Below, one piece after another: positions 17,477-27,819 of a stretch of 64,000 nt of DNA. The notes beneath the pieces are model-generated. The model saw only the letters and a program-made list of their open reading frames with translations. It was not told the DNA's origin and did not search any database. The DNA comes from an uncultured Isosphaeraceae bacterium (GTDB lineage Bacteria > Planctomycetota > Phycisphaerae > Phycisphaerales > SM1A02). The position numbers and the translations under genes were made by a program. Position 1 is the first letter of the stretch. Each line of letters opens with the position of its first letter. The stretch is taken from NCBI GenBank assembly GCA_964598425.1, contig CAZRBV010000005.1, positions 1 to 64,000 on the forward strand, in the 5' to 3' direction.

Positions 17477-18201
17477 GTCGCTATAGAAGTCTCTGTGGAA
17501 TCCTGGTATCGGCGGTGTGTGTCAGCAGTGGTCCTGTGCTGGCGAGCCCATCGGAAACTCCTATGGCACAGACAGCCATGCAGGAAGCGCTTGGCCTAGC
17601 AGCTACGCAGGCAGCTCGCGGACTGTTGGATGCTTTGCCGCCCGGCTTGTCAATCAAGACCATTGCGGTCATGGAGTTTGAGGGTGACACTGACGGACGC
17701 GCTCGCCATGCATTTGAAGAGGCGGTCGTTCAAGAAAGTCTGCCCTACGGTGTCAGCTTGGTGGTTCCAAACCCGACACTGGGAAATGAAACCGAGAATA
17801 GAGATTGGCAGGCGATTACTCAAGAGTGGTCGAGTTCGACCCGTGACGACATCACTGCTCCAGACGAGGTGCCCTTGGAACTATTGCGGACTGCAATGGT
17901 GGTTCAGGGTGGACTCACGGGCCTTTCGATGAACGACACCGGGTTCAAGGCGGAGGCCACGATTGAGGTCACGGGTTTGGTGTGCAAGACTCGCCAGAAG
18001 ATTCCCGCCAGCGGGCGTGGAGAGGCTTGGGTTCCGGGTGGCGAGACGCTGTTGTCATATGTCCGTGTGTGGATTGAACAGCCCGTATTCTGGATTGTCA
18101 TCGGGTCCATCGCGGTGGTGTTCATCGCCGGGTGCGTTGGCGTTGTGCCGGTTCTGCGCAAAGTCATTCTGGCGGGTAAGCCGCGTCGGATCAAACGCTG
18201 A
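17473..18201 (+). CDS. Exported protein with a C-terminal membrane anchor, function unknown
   Basis: Signal peptide (ILVSAVCVSSGPVLASP). C-terminal TM (VFWIVIGSIAVVFIAGCVGVVPVL) with a KPRRIKR tail. Confidence 0.45.
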   Translation: MSRYRSLCGILVSAVCVSSGPVLASPSETPMAQTAMQEALGLAATQAARGLLDALPPGLSIKTIAVMEFEGDTDGRARHAFEEAVVQESLPYGVSLVVPNPTLGNETENRDWQAITQEWSSSTRDDITAPDEVPLELLRTAMVVQGGLTGLSMNDTGFKAEATIEVTGLVCKTRQKIPASGRGEAWVPGGETLLSYVRVWIEQPVFWIVIGSIAVVFIAGCVGVVPVLRKVILAGKPRRIKR

Positions 18202-18223
18202 GAAGCAGCGAGGAGAAACACCT

Positions 18224-19795
18224 ATGGGGTGGTTCAACAAGAAGAGTGATCATTGGACGCGAACGACCGGGAGTATTGCGACGCGCATTGAATCGAAGGA
18301 TGTCAAGTCAAGACTCGGCAACAAACCGTTTGTCGTGTACGACGGGACTGCGGCCCTCATTTTTGAGCGCGGTCGACTTCTTGGAAAGCTGAATTCCGGC
18401 AAGCACGATATCGATGGTGCGATTCGACGGTATCTCGCTGGTGACAAGCCGACCGTGCTGGTCATCGTCGATGATGGTGATATTCTTCTCGATCTTGATG
18501 TGCATTCGCTTGTCAGCGAAGAAGACATATCGCTCGATATGCACTTGCGGTTGACTGTCCGGCTTGGCGACACCGAGGCGTTCTATCGCAATGTCCTGAA
18601 GGACAAGGCTGAGTATCACCGCGATGAGTTGTCTGGCCACCTTCGCGCTGAACTGCACGACGCGCTCATGGCGTTTACATCTGTAAAGCCCATTGAGGCG
18701 CTCTATCACGAGCCACACTTGCGGGAACAGGCCATCGAGCAGATCCGCAGTCGTACGGGGGAGAGTCTCTCAAGAATGGGCCTCGAACTGATCGCGATCA
18801 ATGTGGTGCAGGTCCGATCCGTGGCCTACGACGCGCATCGCGGCAAGAAATCCGGCGTGGTCATGGAGGGAAGCGACGCTGCGGTGAAGGCGGCGAGGCT
18901 TGCGGTGCTTCGGCGCACCCGAGAGGATCAGGCGGGCGATGCGCGGCACAAGATTGGGACGCAAAGCGACTTGCGTGATGCGCTGCGACAATCGGTCCAC
19001 GAACTTGGCTTGAAGGATACGCTTCGGTCGGATGAGATGGCGCGGCTTGAGTCGAGGCTTGAACAAGACGCGCTGGACTTCACGCAGGAGCGTCGCGAGG
19101 ACCGTGAGCGAGCATCGGTGGATCATGACTCGCAGATCGATGCGGCAAAGCGTGCGCACGAACGCGAACAGGCAGATCTCGCTCTCACGACGTTTCTCGA
19201 CCAACGTATTCAGACAGCCGGAGTAGATGCGGAAGTTCGCGATGTTGAGCGTTGTGGCGATGAGAAGGACTGGGACCTTGCTCGCAAGATGCGTGATGAT
19301 GCCTTGGAAGCCAAGCGGAAGAAGGGTTTGCAGGACGTAGAGATTGAGTCCGAGCGGATCGCTTCGGTTTCAAAAGCTGATACGGCAACAAAGGTTGCGC
19401 TTGGGCTCGGCGATGCCGAGGCGCTTGTGGAATTGGAGCGATTGGCCCAACAGAAGAGCCTTTCGCCGGACCAGATGCTCATCGCGGCTGCCGAGAAGAG
19501 CGGCGCTGCAGCGGCAGCGCTCGCGGAGCGGTACAAGGCGGAGGGACGATTGAGCGAGGATGTCTTGGAGCAAATGCGCAAACAACTGGAACATCAACGC
19601 CAATCCGATTGCGAGCATGCGGATCGGTTGGAGAAGGTGTTGCAGCAGGCCTTATCGCAAATGGGCAGAGTTGCAGAGGCCAAGGCTGAGAGTCAGGGGC
19701 CGGGCAATCAGACAGTCATTGCCCCGGGCTCAGGTGGAGCAACAGTTGTCAATCCAAACGCGAACGACGCGCGGCCAAAGGGCGATGGATCCTAA
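18224..19795 (+). CDS. SPFH (band-7/flotillin-like) domain protein with a long charged coiled-coil C-terminal region
   Basis: AGGAGA sits 8 nt before ATG 18224. The N-terminal ~190 aa are SPFH-like (FVVYDGTAALIFERGRLLGKL...ELIAINVVQVRS). The remainder is an E/R/A/K/D-rich coiled coil. The track ORF starts at 17963 inside the previous gene. Confidence 0.6.
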   Translation: MGWFNKKSDHWTRTTGSIATRIESKDVKSRLGNKPFVVYDGTAALIFERGRLLGKLNSGKHDIDGAIRRYLAGDKPTVLVIVDDGDILLDLDVHSLVSEEDISLDMHLRLTVRLGDTEAFYRNVLKDKAEYHRDELSGHLRAELHDALMAFTSVKPIEALYHEPHLREQAIEQIRSRTGESLSRMGLELIAINVVQVRSVAYDAHRGKKSGVVMEGSDAAVKAARLAVLRRTREDQAGDARHKIGTQSDLRDALRQSVHELGLKDTLRSDEMARLESRLEQDALDFTQERREDRERASVDHDSQIDAAKRAHEREQADLALTTFLDQRIQTAGVDAEVRDVERCGDEKDWDLARKMRDDALEAKRKKGLQDVEIESERIASVSKADTATKVALGLGDAEALVELERLAQQKSLSPDQMLIAAAEKSGAAAAALAERYKAEGRLSEDVLEQMRKQLEHQRQSDCEHADRLEKVLQQALSQMGRVAEAKAESQGPGNQTVIAPGSGGATVVNPNANDARPKGDGS

Positions 19796-19991
19796 TCAGC
19801 CAACAAGCCGGAGAGTAGTGAAGTCCACTGTGCGGCATCGGGCTATCTCAGTAGCTTGCTTGCCTTGCGGTACGCTCAGCGGCTGCGACGTCAGGCGGTG
19901 GAGGCCGTGAGCACCTCAACACGATGCACTATTCTGAGACTACGGTGGCTCGGCTCCCGGGTTGTGTGCGTTGTGCCGTCGTCATTTCACT

Positions 19992-21047
19992 TCAGGCTGC
20001 GCGGAAGTACCGCCTGCGAATCCAGAACGCCACGCTGACCAGGCCGATCAGGACCGGGACTTCGACGAGCGGTCCGATGACGGCGGCGAAGGCTGCGCCA
20101 TTGCTGATGCCGAAGACGCCAACAGCGACTGCGATCGCGAGTTCAAAGTTATTGCTCGCTGCGGTGAATGAGAGCGTTGCGCTCTGCGGGTAGTTCGCTC
20201 CGGCGAGCTTGCTCATGAAGAAGCTCAGCGCAAACATCACAACGAAGTAGATGAGAAGTGGAATGGCGATAAGTAGGACATCAACGGGCCTGTCGATAAT
20301 CGTTTCGCCCTGCATCGAGAACATCACAATGATTGTGAACAGCAGCGCCATCAGCGTGACTGGTGAAATCAACGGTATAAATACGCCGTGGTACCAATCC
20401 TTGCCCCGCATCCTGACGAGCACAAGCCGAGTCAACGCTCCCGCAAGGAAGGGGATGCCGAGATAGATGAACACCGTGACTGCGATCTCGCCCATGCTGA
20501 TCGCCACTTTGCTTCCGCTGAGTCCAAAGAGGGGTGGGAGCACCGTGACAAAGAGCCATGCGTAGAGGCTGTAGAACAGCACCTGGAAGATCGAGTTGAA
20601 TGCCACCAGTCCTGCGGCGTACTCGGTGTCGCCTTCGGCAAGGTCATTCCAGACGATGACCATCGCGATGCAGCGGGCGAGTCCGATCATGATGAGTCCG
20701 ATCATGAACTCGGGGTGATCACGCAAGAACAGAACAGCCAGTATGAACATGAGAATCGGGCCGATGATCCAATTCTGAATCAGTGAGAGGCCGAGAATCT
20801 TGAAGTTTCGAAAGACATCTCCGAGCTCCTCATACTTCACCTTTGCCAGCGGCGGATACATCATGAGGATGAGCCCAATAGCGATTGGCACGCTGGTGTT
20901 GGATCCCTCCGGGTGTAGCGAAGCGACCCATGTGCCAAAGGCTGGCGTGAAGTATCCGAGCGCGACGCCGATCCCCATCGCAAGAAAGATCCACAGCGTC
21001 AGGAAGCGGTCGAGAAAGCCCAATTGCTTTGTGAGGAGATTGGCCAC
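19992..21047 (-). CDS. acr3: ACR3-family arsenite efflux transporter
   Basis: Full-length ten-TM protein. It begins [33 protein letters not shown], as ACR3/ArsB-type transporters do, and the length (351 aa) fits. Confidence 0.9.
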   Translation of the reverse strand: MANLLTKQLGFLDRFLTLWIFLAMGIGVALGYFTPAFGTWVASLHPEGSNTSVPIAIGLILMMYPPLAKVKYEELGDVFRNFKILGLSLIQNWIIGPILMFILAVLFLRDHPEFMIGLIMIGLARCIAMVIVWNDLAEGDTEYAAGLVAFNSIFQVLFYSLYAWLFVTVLPPLFGLSGSKVAISMGEIAVTVFIYLGIPFLAGALTRLVLVRMRGKDWYHGVFIPLISPVTLMALLFTIIVMFSMQGETIIDRPVDVLLIAIPLLIYFVVMFALSFFMSKLAGANYPQSATLSFTAASNNFELAIAVAVGVFGISNGAAFAAVIGPLVEVPVLIGLVSVAFWIRRRYFRAA

Positions 21048-21589
21048 TCGGAATCTATCTCGTGCTCAGCAGTGTGGCCCCATGGGGATGGTGAGGCATG
21101 GGTGTCGAGGATTGGAACGGGGACCGCTCATGGCTACCTTTGTGCAAGGCGCGTTCGAATCGACCCGAAAACACACTACTTCTTGCGTCTCTTGAACCCC
21201 TTGGTGGGAGCCTTAGTCTTCGTCGAGCCCTTCCGCGACTCATTCGGTTCATTGCCGCGGGTGTTGCCGTAGGCAGACTCTTTGGTCTTCGGTCCCTTCG
21301 TGTGCCGTTGGGTAAGGCCCCGGCTGCCGGGCTTTCGTTCGGTGGTCATGCGTACGGGTCCGTTCGTGGGTGCGAGGTTGGTGAATCAGGGGTACATGAG
21401 GCCGAGCGGCGATGGTATTCAATGTTGATCCCTGAATGTTGCGGTATTCGACTCATGATGGAGGGTTGGGAGCATTGCGTGGGGCATCAGAACTCCAACT
21501 TCCCCTGGATAGGCCTTCTCAGGAGAACCAGGGCGGCCCTTGAAACGTATGCTTCAGGCCGGAGCCCGAGTCTTGGTGACCAGATTCAC

Positions 21590-23083
21590 ATGAGTGCACC
21601 TCCCACCACATGTTCGCTGCTTGCTGCTACGTGCCTCGTGGCGACCGTCGCAGGAGCTGCAGTTACCAAGGGCCATCTTCCGCTCCAAGCCGTGCAGAGA
21701 ATCGAACTGGCCGGTCCGGACTACGACCGGCTCGGACGGGAAGATGCTGCCCGCGCTGCTGCCGGGGCACCCGCCCGCATCGCAGTTCCAAATGCGGTCA
21801 GCCTGATTCCGGAGACAACCGGGACATGGGAGCACCTTGACGGTGATCGCATGATGTGGCGACTCCGGGTGCTGTCTCCAGGTGCAGCGCACATCAATAT
21901 CGGTTTCGATCGGCTTGCGCTACCCTCGTCGGCGGAGATGCGGATTGAGTCGCTTGATGGCCTGGATGCCACCGACACAATCACCGCTTCGACCCCGTTG
22001 GCGGAGGGTGAGTACTGGAGTCCTGTCATCTGGGGCGACGAGGTGATTGTCGAGTTCACCGTCGACGCAGATCAGCGGCGCGAACTGGAACAGGGCGTGT
22101 CGCTTTCCTCCATCAACGAGGGGTACCGAGGGCTCGGCGGTTATCGAGACGGGCCGTTTCATACCTCAGGATCCTGCAATGTCGATGCGGCCTGCGCATC
22201 GGGCGATGCTTGGACGTGTGAGATTCCGTCAGTCGGTGTCTACACGGTGAACGGCACGTGGACGTGTACCGGCGCCATGGTCAACAACACCAGCGAGGAT
22301 GGCACACCCTACTTTCTGACAGCCGAGCACTGCGGCGTGACGGCGGCCAACGATCAGTCGGTCGTGATCTACTGGAACTATGAGAACTCGTCGTGCCGAA
22401 CGCCGGGTAGTGCTGCAAGCGGCATGGCCGGTGATGGTCCATTGAGCGACACAAGCACCGGAACGCTTCTTCGAGCATTTGATGACAACACGGACTTCAC
22501 GCTGCTGGAGCTCGTGTCGAGCCCGTCGGAGTCGTACGGCGTGGCGTATGCGGGATGGTCGCGCAGCGCATCGTTGCCGACGGTTGGCGCGGGGATTCAC
22601 CACCCCAATACCGCCGAGAAGCGGATATCCACACCCGCCTCCGTGCAGCACGATTCAGATCCCTTCTACGCCGACTCCTTCTGGGAAGTCGCATGGGCCG
22701 AGGGTGTCACGCAACCAGGGTCATCGGGCTCCCCGCTCTTCAACGGCGAGCATCAGATCATCGGTCAATTGTGCTGCGGCAATTCGTTCTGCAGTGCGCC
22801 GAATGAAGTTGATTGGTACGGCAAGTCATTCGCGAGTACATGGTCGAAGTTGTCGCCCTATCTCGACCCGACGAATACCGGGCAATTGACCGTCGACACG
22901 CTGTGCGGCAGCGGACCTTGCCCGTGGGATCTGGGCGGAACTGGTACTGTCGATCAAGCAGCACTTCTGGCACTGATCGCCTTGTGGGGGCAGGCCAGCG
23001 CGACCGCAGACTTCGACGGAAGCGGCACTGTTGATGTGCTCGACCTGCTGGACTTGCTGGAGCATTGGGGATCTTGCCCCTGA
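21590..23083 (+). CDS. Secreted trypsin-fold (S1) serine protease, lysyl-endopeptidase-like, with N-terminal propeptide-like region and C-terminal dockerin-like module
   Basis: Signal peptide (MSAPPTTCSLLAATCLVATVAGAAV). Catalytic motifs TAEHC (His) and GSSGSPLF (Ser). Cys pairs consistent with disulfides. C-terminal DFDGSGTVDVLDLLDLLEHWGSC dockerin-like repeat. Track ORF is 21098..23083; 21590 is the in-frame ATG preceding the signal peptide. Confidence 0.7.
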   Translation: MSAPPTTCSLLAATCLVATVAGAAVTKGHLPLQAVQRIELAGPDYDRLGREDAARAAAGAPARIAVPNAVSLIPETTGTWEHLDGDRMMWRLRVLSPGAAHINIGFDRLALPSSAEMRIESLDGLDATDTITASTPLAEGEYWSPVIWGDEVIVEFTVDADQRRELEQGVSLSSINEGYRGLGGYRDGPFHTSGSCNVDAACASGDAWTCEIPSVGVYTVNGTWTCTGAMVNNTSEDGTPYFLTAEHCGVTAANDQSVVIYWNYENSSCRTPGSAASGMAGDGPLSDTSTGTLLRAFDDNTDFTLLELVSSPSESYGVAYAGWSRSASLPTVGAGIHHPNTAEKRISTPASVQHDSDPFYADSFWEVAWAEGVTQPGSSGSPLFNGEHQIIGQLCCGNSFCSAPNEVDWYGKSFASTWSKLSPYLDPTNTGQLTVDTLCGSGPCPWDLGGTGTVDQAALLALIALWGQASATADFDGSGTVDVLDLLDLLEHWGSCP

Positions 23084-23121
23084 CGGAGAAAGCCTCGCCG
23101 GCCTGCGAAGTGTCGAGCAGG

Positions 23122-23925
23122 CTACGAGCGGGTGCTGCCATCCGGCGGCGCCGCTGCTGGTGGATTCGCGTCTCCCTGGCCAATGGCGCGGCGGACGGCG
23201 GCTCTGATGGTTCGGCGTGTTGCGCGGGTGAGCGACTTGGTGGCCCTGCGAATGTCGTTGCCGGGGACCTTGTCGAGGTACATCAACGGATGCACGAGAT
23301 CAAGCACGCCGCAGTCTTCAACGATCGACACCGAACCGATGTTTGGATGACTCTGGTGCATGAACAACACTGTGTTTTGGCGATACCAGGTAGCAACGCT
23401 GTTGTCGCACCAGATGAGTGGGCGAATGCAATCGATGGCGGCAAAGTCGTGAGCAGCGAACAAACTCGCCCACCAACTCGGCCACCGCTCGTTGAGATGT
23501 CCGACACCACCCTGAAGCGGAATAGCCGCGCTGAACATGACGGCAGGGGCTCGTGCGCATAGATCTTCGATAAAGGTGGCCGCTCGTGATGGCGGCAGGT
23601 GCTCTGCGACTTCCAGGCTGATGGCGAGATCAAACATCCCGACGTCCGGCAGTGGCTCACGAAGATCATGCTGTGTCAGGTCTGACCGGTCAATGATGAG
23701 GTCCTCGGGATCGAGCCAGTCACCTTCCAGCCCCCTGACGGTAGCGGTGCCGTTTGCTTGGCACACTTCCAGAAAGGTCCCGACCCCGCAGCCAACGTCC
23801 AGAACGCTTCTGGGGGTCCCTCCGATTGCCTCAAAGGTGGCTGCAGTCATTCGGCACGCGGCGTGGTGTGTTCGTCGGTGGCGTTCGGTGAAGAAGCCGG
23901 GGCGTCGGCGGTAGATGGACTTCAT
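23122..23925 (-). CDS. Class I SAM-dependent methyltransferase
   Basis: Motif I VLDVGCGVGTF, followed by an acidic motif II and DLAISLEVAEHL (post-I/II). Start taken at MKSIYRR (ATG 23925) within the longer track ORF. Confidence 0.7.
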   Translation of the reverse strand: MKSIYRRRPGFFTERHRRTHHAACRMTAATFEAIGGTPRSVLDVGCGVGTFLEVCQANGTATVRGLEGDWLDPEDLIIDRSDLTQHDLREPLPDVGMFDLAISLEVAEHLPPSRAATFIEDLCARAPAVMFSAAIPLQGGVGHLNERWPSWWASLFAAHDFAAIDCIRPLIWCDNSVATWYRQNTVLFMHQSHPNIGSVSIVEDCGVLDLVHPLMYLDKVPGNDIRRATKSLTRATRRTIRAAVRRAIGQGDANPPAAAPPDGSTRS

Positions 23926-24033
23926 GAATGCGATCCTGCAACGAGAGAAGTTGAGGTCGCATGCTATCAAGCCAGCACCGAGACTCACCGATCCCGGCTG
24001 GCTCCTGTGTGTTCCAGGACGCAGGCTGTGCCC

Positions 24034-24753
24034 TCAGAGGGCTGGGGGGTGCTCGCGAAGCGAGGGCGTCCGCTGTGCCCGCCGTCGGGATACAACCAAC
24101 GCACAGGCGAAGAGCACCAGACTTCCTGGGGCCGGGATGACACCGAATCCACCGTTGAACATGACAGAGGTTCCCGCGCCGAGCTCGAACTGCCAATGCG
24201 CTTGCAATGAGTCTGCAAACGTGAGTATCACAGCGCCGCCAGCTGATTCGGATCCGGCGGCAGTGCTTCCCCCGGTCGCCCCAAGCTCGAAGGGGGCGGC
24301 GAACATGGAGCCGAGCGAGTCTGCGCCAGCGAGCGCCTCGAAGATCGAGAGGTCCATGACGGACGTCAGAAGCGCATTCTCGCCCGAGATCGAGGCAGCC
24401 ATCGATCCTTGCCAACTTCGGGGGCCTGTGAGCGATTCGACGAGTGGCATCGTGAATGAGATGTCGTAGGCCATTGCCTCGGCGGTTTGATTGGATGCTT
24501 GCAAGACCGTACCGAGCGAGGCATCCTCGGGCGATCCGTACATGGATGCGGACACCGAGATTCCATCGTCAACGATGTCGGCAGACCAATACTCCCCTCC
24601 ATCGAGAGTCGCTTCGCTATCCAGCGTCGTGGTCCATTCCAGCCCAGTGGATGTTGTGACATTCAGAATGCCCGAATAGCCCGCGACCGCAACGCCGCTG
24701 GCAGGCACTGTGATGGCCGCAGAGGTTATGAGAATGATTGTCTTGAGATTCAT
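24034..24753 (-). CDS. Secreted protein with C-terminal PEP-CTERM-like sorting tag (IPAPGS + TM + RRR)
   Basis: Signal peptide MNLKTIILITSAAITVPASG. The C-terminus reads FGVIPAPGSLVLFACALVVSRRRAQ. Its start overlaps the stop of the upstream paralog (ATGA). Confidence 0.55.
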   Translation of the reverse strand: MNLKTIILITSAAITVPASGVAVAGYSGILNVTTSTGLEWTTTLDSEATLDGGEYWSADIVDDGISVSASMYGSPEDASLGTVLQASNQTAEAMAYDISFTMPLVESLTGPRSWQGSMAASISGENALLTSVMDLSIFEALAGADSLGSMFAAPFELGATGGSTAAGSESAGGAVILTFADSLQAHWQFELGAGTSVMFNGGFGVIPAPGSLVLFACALVVSRRRAQRTPSLREHPPAL

Positions 24754-25550
24754 GTGTATCGACTCCGTGAGAGCAACCCGCCTCGCCGCCGATGGGGAAG
24801 TCCCACGAGGGTGGCGAGTATGGGCAAGGCTGATGGACTCGGGATCGCGCTCAGATTGGAAGAGATATGGATCGTCGCTGTGTCGCCAGCGGAGAGGCTG
24901 AATGCAGCTGCGGATGTCCACGATGTCCCTCCTCCGGTGAGCACGCTGGTCATTGCAGCGTCAGTGGCTGTGGAGAATGGTCCAAATGCCGTAAGGCCGT
25001 AGACAGGTGCAAACAGGGTGGCGCGATCGTTCTCACCGAGTGCTACAGCGACAAGGGGCGTGTCTTCGGTCGTCTCGATTGAGGCGGAACCCGAGAATTG
25101 AAGGTTCATGACCGTCAGCGCGGCTGCGGTGGTCAGCATGGATTGATCAGGCACATCAAACCACGGCTCCACAATTGTCTCGGAACCGAATACCTGCACC
25201 CCGGCCGAGGTGTTGGTCACTGAGAGCAGTAGATCGAAAACGGGATCTGGCCCGGGATCGACTGTAGCCGTCCAGCCAAGTTGCCACTGGGGCTGAAAGA
25301 GGCTTCCTGTGTACACCCTGACGCCACTCTCCAACTCCGCCCACGAACCGGCGTCGGCGAGGTCAAATGTGATGGGTGTTGACGAATCCGCCGAGGCTGA
25401 CCACGTCATGGTCACCCCATCCGACGCCGTGGCCGCTGCAATCATCAGCAGGGTTGTGGTGGCAGCGACCCACTGCGTGGTGGGGGGCAGGCGCAGTCTT
25501 TGCGGTAAGGCGGTCATTGGGGGCCGCGTATTCCTCAATAGATCAAACAT
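24750..25550 (-). CDS. Secreted protein with C-terminal PEP-CTERM-like sorting tag (IPSPSA + TM + RRR)
   Basis: The C-terminus reads SAIPSPSALPILATLVGLPHRRRGG. The N-terminus has a hydrophobic signal-like segment (WVAATTTLLMIAAATA). The start could be ATG 25550 or 25517. Confidence 0.5.
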   Translation of the reverse strand: MFDLLRNTRPPMTALPQRLRLPPTTQWVAATTTLLMIAAATASDGVTMTWSASADSSTPITFDLADAGSWAELESGVRVYTGSLFQPQWQLGWTATVDPGPDPVFDLLLSVTNTSAGVQVFGSETIVEPWFDVPDQSMLTTAAALTVMNLQFSGSASIETTEDTPLVAVALGENDRATLFAPVYGLTAFGPFSTATDAAMTSVLTGGGTSWTSAAAFSLSAGDTATIHISSNLSAIPSPSALPILATLVGLPHRRRGGLLSRSRYT

Positions 25551-26192
25551 CGCGATGGAGTAGGGCTGACGCGTACAACGGATCATCGGTTCGGGTGATT
25601 TGAGGCTTGAGGCGGTCCTTTTGCGGCCTTCGAGTTTTTCTCCATGCAAGAGGGGCTCCAATCCCCCCAGACGGAATGGGCCGCGCGAGCGGAACCTGCG
25701 ACCGCTGTACCCCCGGTGATGGCAATGAGAATGCGACTTCATCCGAGCGAATGGGGCGGTCTCGTGGATTGCAGAGAGAGGGTCGAGACCCCGCCGTCTC
25801 ACTGGACCCCACCGGCAACCTACGTATGACAAGGAGCAAGGCCATGATTCCCATGTGCGCGATTGCTGTACTGACGATTTCGAATTCGATCAACACACCG
25901 GCTTCTCAGTGCTCTCGCACGAGCCTTGCAGTTGGCGATGTACTGGGGCTTCAGATGGTTGAGGTGCAAGGATTACCCACACCGCCCGCAATACGGGCGC
26001 GAGCGGCGCGATTGGCCCAAGCCAGCCAGACTGGCAGTTGGTGGCAGCTGCCCGACGAAAGCACTGTTGTCGCGCGTGGGATCGATCGATGAATCACTGA
26101 TTGGTGTCCGGACTTCGTTCGGGGTTGCCAGATCAGCTGAAGACAGGCAGTGAGCTCTATGACCGCTCCACCTCTTCGGCAGGATCCGACCC

Positions 26193-27803
26193 ATGAACAA
26201 CGCCATGACGCGTACCGCAACAGCAGCCTGTGTGATCACGCTGTGTTCTCTGGCCATCGAGACAGCCCATGCAGAAATGACTTGGGGGGGATGGCACCAT
26301 GGAGATGACCGGTTGGAGTTCTGGCTTGGGGATACCGAAGTCGGTCCTGTCGAATCCCTCTGGATCGCGCCGACAGATCGCATGCCGGGGCGGAATGTTC
26401 AGGTCTCGTTGGCCGCCGATGCAGCGAGCGGTACGCAGCACATGGCAGTGGTGTGGAGCGACGCGTCGGGCACGCCGCAATCGGCGAGGCTCATGCTTGA
26501 TGGAGTCGTGCCTGCCGGGTGGAACCCGCGAATGGTGTCGATGTCGTATCAGGGGATGGTGACTGAGGCAGAAACCGGTGTGATCGACCTGCCGGGCTTT
26601 GTCGCCAGGATGCTGATTACGCCGAGTGAGACGAACTACGCAAGGCGCACACTCTTTGAGGTGCAGGAGGAAGCGACGGAGCAGTCGGATCCCACAGAGT
26701 TCCTGCCTGGGGATACGGACAGCACCTTCACGGTTGATGCCAACGACATTCTTCAGGTCCTGACTCACTACGGCACCGATTGCGAAGGGATGATTCCGTG
26801 CCCTGGAGACGGGGATGCCAGCGGAGCGGTCAACATTGAGGATCTTCTCGCGGTCATTCGAAACTACGGAAGGGCTCTGCTCGCTGAAGACACCGCGCCC
26901 CGGCGTCTCTTGTTCTGGCAGCCCGTGGGCGGTTCGTGGCATGAAGAGGGCTTTCCCAATCACATCCATCCGCAGGTCTTTACGGATGAGGCAGGCTGGC
27001 AGGTGAACATCGATAAGCGAATCGGCCCGGTTGTAGACGAAATCGGAGCGGGGTCGTTTGACATGTGGTTTCATAACATTGCCGGATACTGGTATGACCA
27101 CGATCAGGTGTGGCCATCAGGCAATCTGCAATCGATGCTGTTCGAACAACTCGAGAAGGCGCGGCAGCAACGCCCCGGGCTCGTGCAGGATCTCCCCACG
27201 CTGGTCGAGTTTCTGCGACGAAACGACATCAACTACTACGCGTATCTCGGGATTCCTCGGTGCTGGGTCTCTCCCTGGGGAGTAGGCGGCTGGACGCCTC
27301 AGGAGGATCACGGAGACCCCGAAGCGATCAACCGGTTCTATGGTGAACTGTTGCAGCTTGGATTCAGTGGGATTGGGCACGATGCTGGGAAGCATGTTCC
27401 AGAAGACGCTCCATGGATGGCAGATGTCGTGCCCGAGCTTCATCGGCGCGGCACCGAGCTCTTCGTGGAAGCGATTCCAATGCGATCTCAGACACATCTT
27501 CTCGGCTTCAGTGTTGTGGCGGAACACCGCATGTGGGACCGCATGCCCGGCAACAATCCTGAAACGTATCTCACCGAAGAGGAAATCGTGGCCGCTGGCG
27601 GGCGGGCGATTCATATCATGACGTGGCCGCTTGACATGGCTCCTGGCGATGATGGCTACGATCCCGGGTTCGACTATACCCAGTGGCGGTGGGACACCGC
27701 CATGCAGTTGCTCTCGGAAGGCAAGACGGTTGCAATCGGACTTCGTGGCCTGCAGAACGCCGGATACCCGCTCGGCGATCTGGTCGCTGCTGCTCAGAAC
27801 TGA
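26193..27803 (+). CDS. Secreted protein with an internal dockerin-like repeat and a C-terminal ~350-aa domain of unknown function
   Basis: Signal peptide (TATAACVITLCSLAIETAHA). Dockerin-like DANDILQVLTHYG...GDGDASGAVNIEDLLAVIRNYG. The long minus-strand ORF 26157..27101 overlapping it has no such features. Confidence 0.55.
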   Translation: MNNAMTRTATAACVITLCSLAIETAHAEMTWGGWHHGDDRLEFWLGDTEVGPVESLWIAPTDRMPGRNVQVSLAADAASGTQHMAVVWSDASGTPQSARLMLDGVVPAGWNPRMVSMSYQGMVTEAETGVIDLPGFVARMLITPSETNYARRTLFEVQEEATEQSDPTEFLPGDTDSTFTVDANDILQVLTHYGTDCEGMIPCPGDGDASGAVNIEDLLAVIRNYGRALLAEDTAPRRLLFWQPVGGSWHEEGFPNHIHPQVFTDEAGWQVNIDKRIGPVVDEIGAGSFDMWFHNIAGYWYDHDQVWPSGNLQSMLFEQLEKARQQRPGLVQDLPTLVEFLRRNDINYYAYLGIPRCWVSPWGVGGWTPQEDHGDPEAINRFYGELLQLGFSGIGHDAGKHVPEDAPWMADVVPELHRRGTELFVEAIPMRSQTHLLGFSVVAEHRMWDRMPGNNPETYLTEEEIVAAGGRAIHIMTWPLDMAPGDDGYDPGFDYTQWRWDTAMQLLSEGKTVAIGLRGLQNAGYPLGDLVAAAQN

Positions 27804-27819
27804 TTCGCGCTCTCAGTGA

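Noticed and set aside
23122-23988. Longer 288-aa form of the methyltransferase starting at 23988
   Set aside because: The extra 21 N-terminal residues (MSLGAGLIACDLNFSRCRIAF) add nothing recognisable, and the ATG at 23925 gives a conventional Class I MTase length. Both remain possible.
26157-27101. 314-aa minus-strand ORF overlapping the start of the secreted dockerin-containing gene
   Set aside because: The plus-strand ORF has a signal peptide and a dockerin-like repeat, while the antisense ORF is Arg/His/Pro-rich with no features. It is a shadow ORF.
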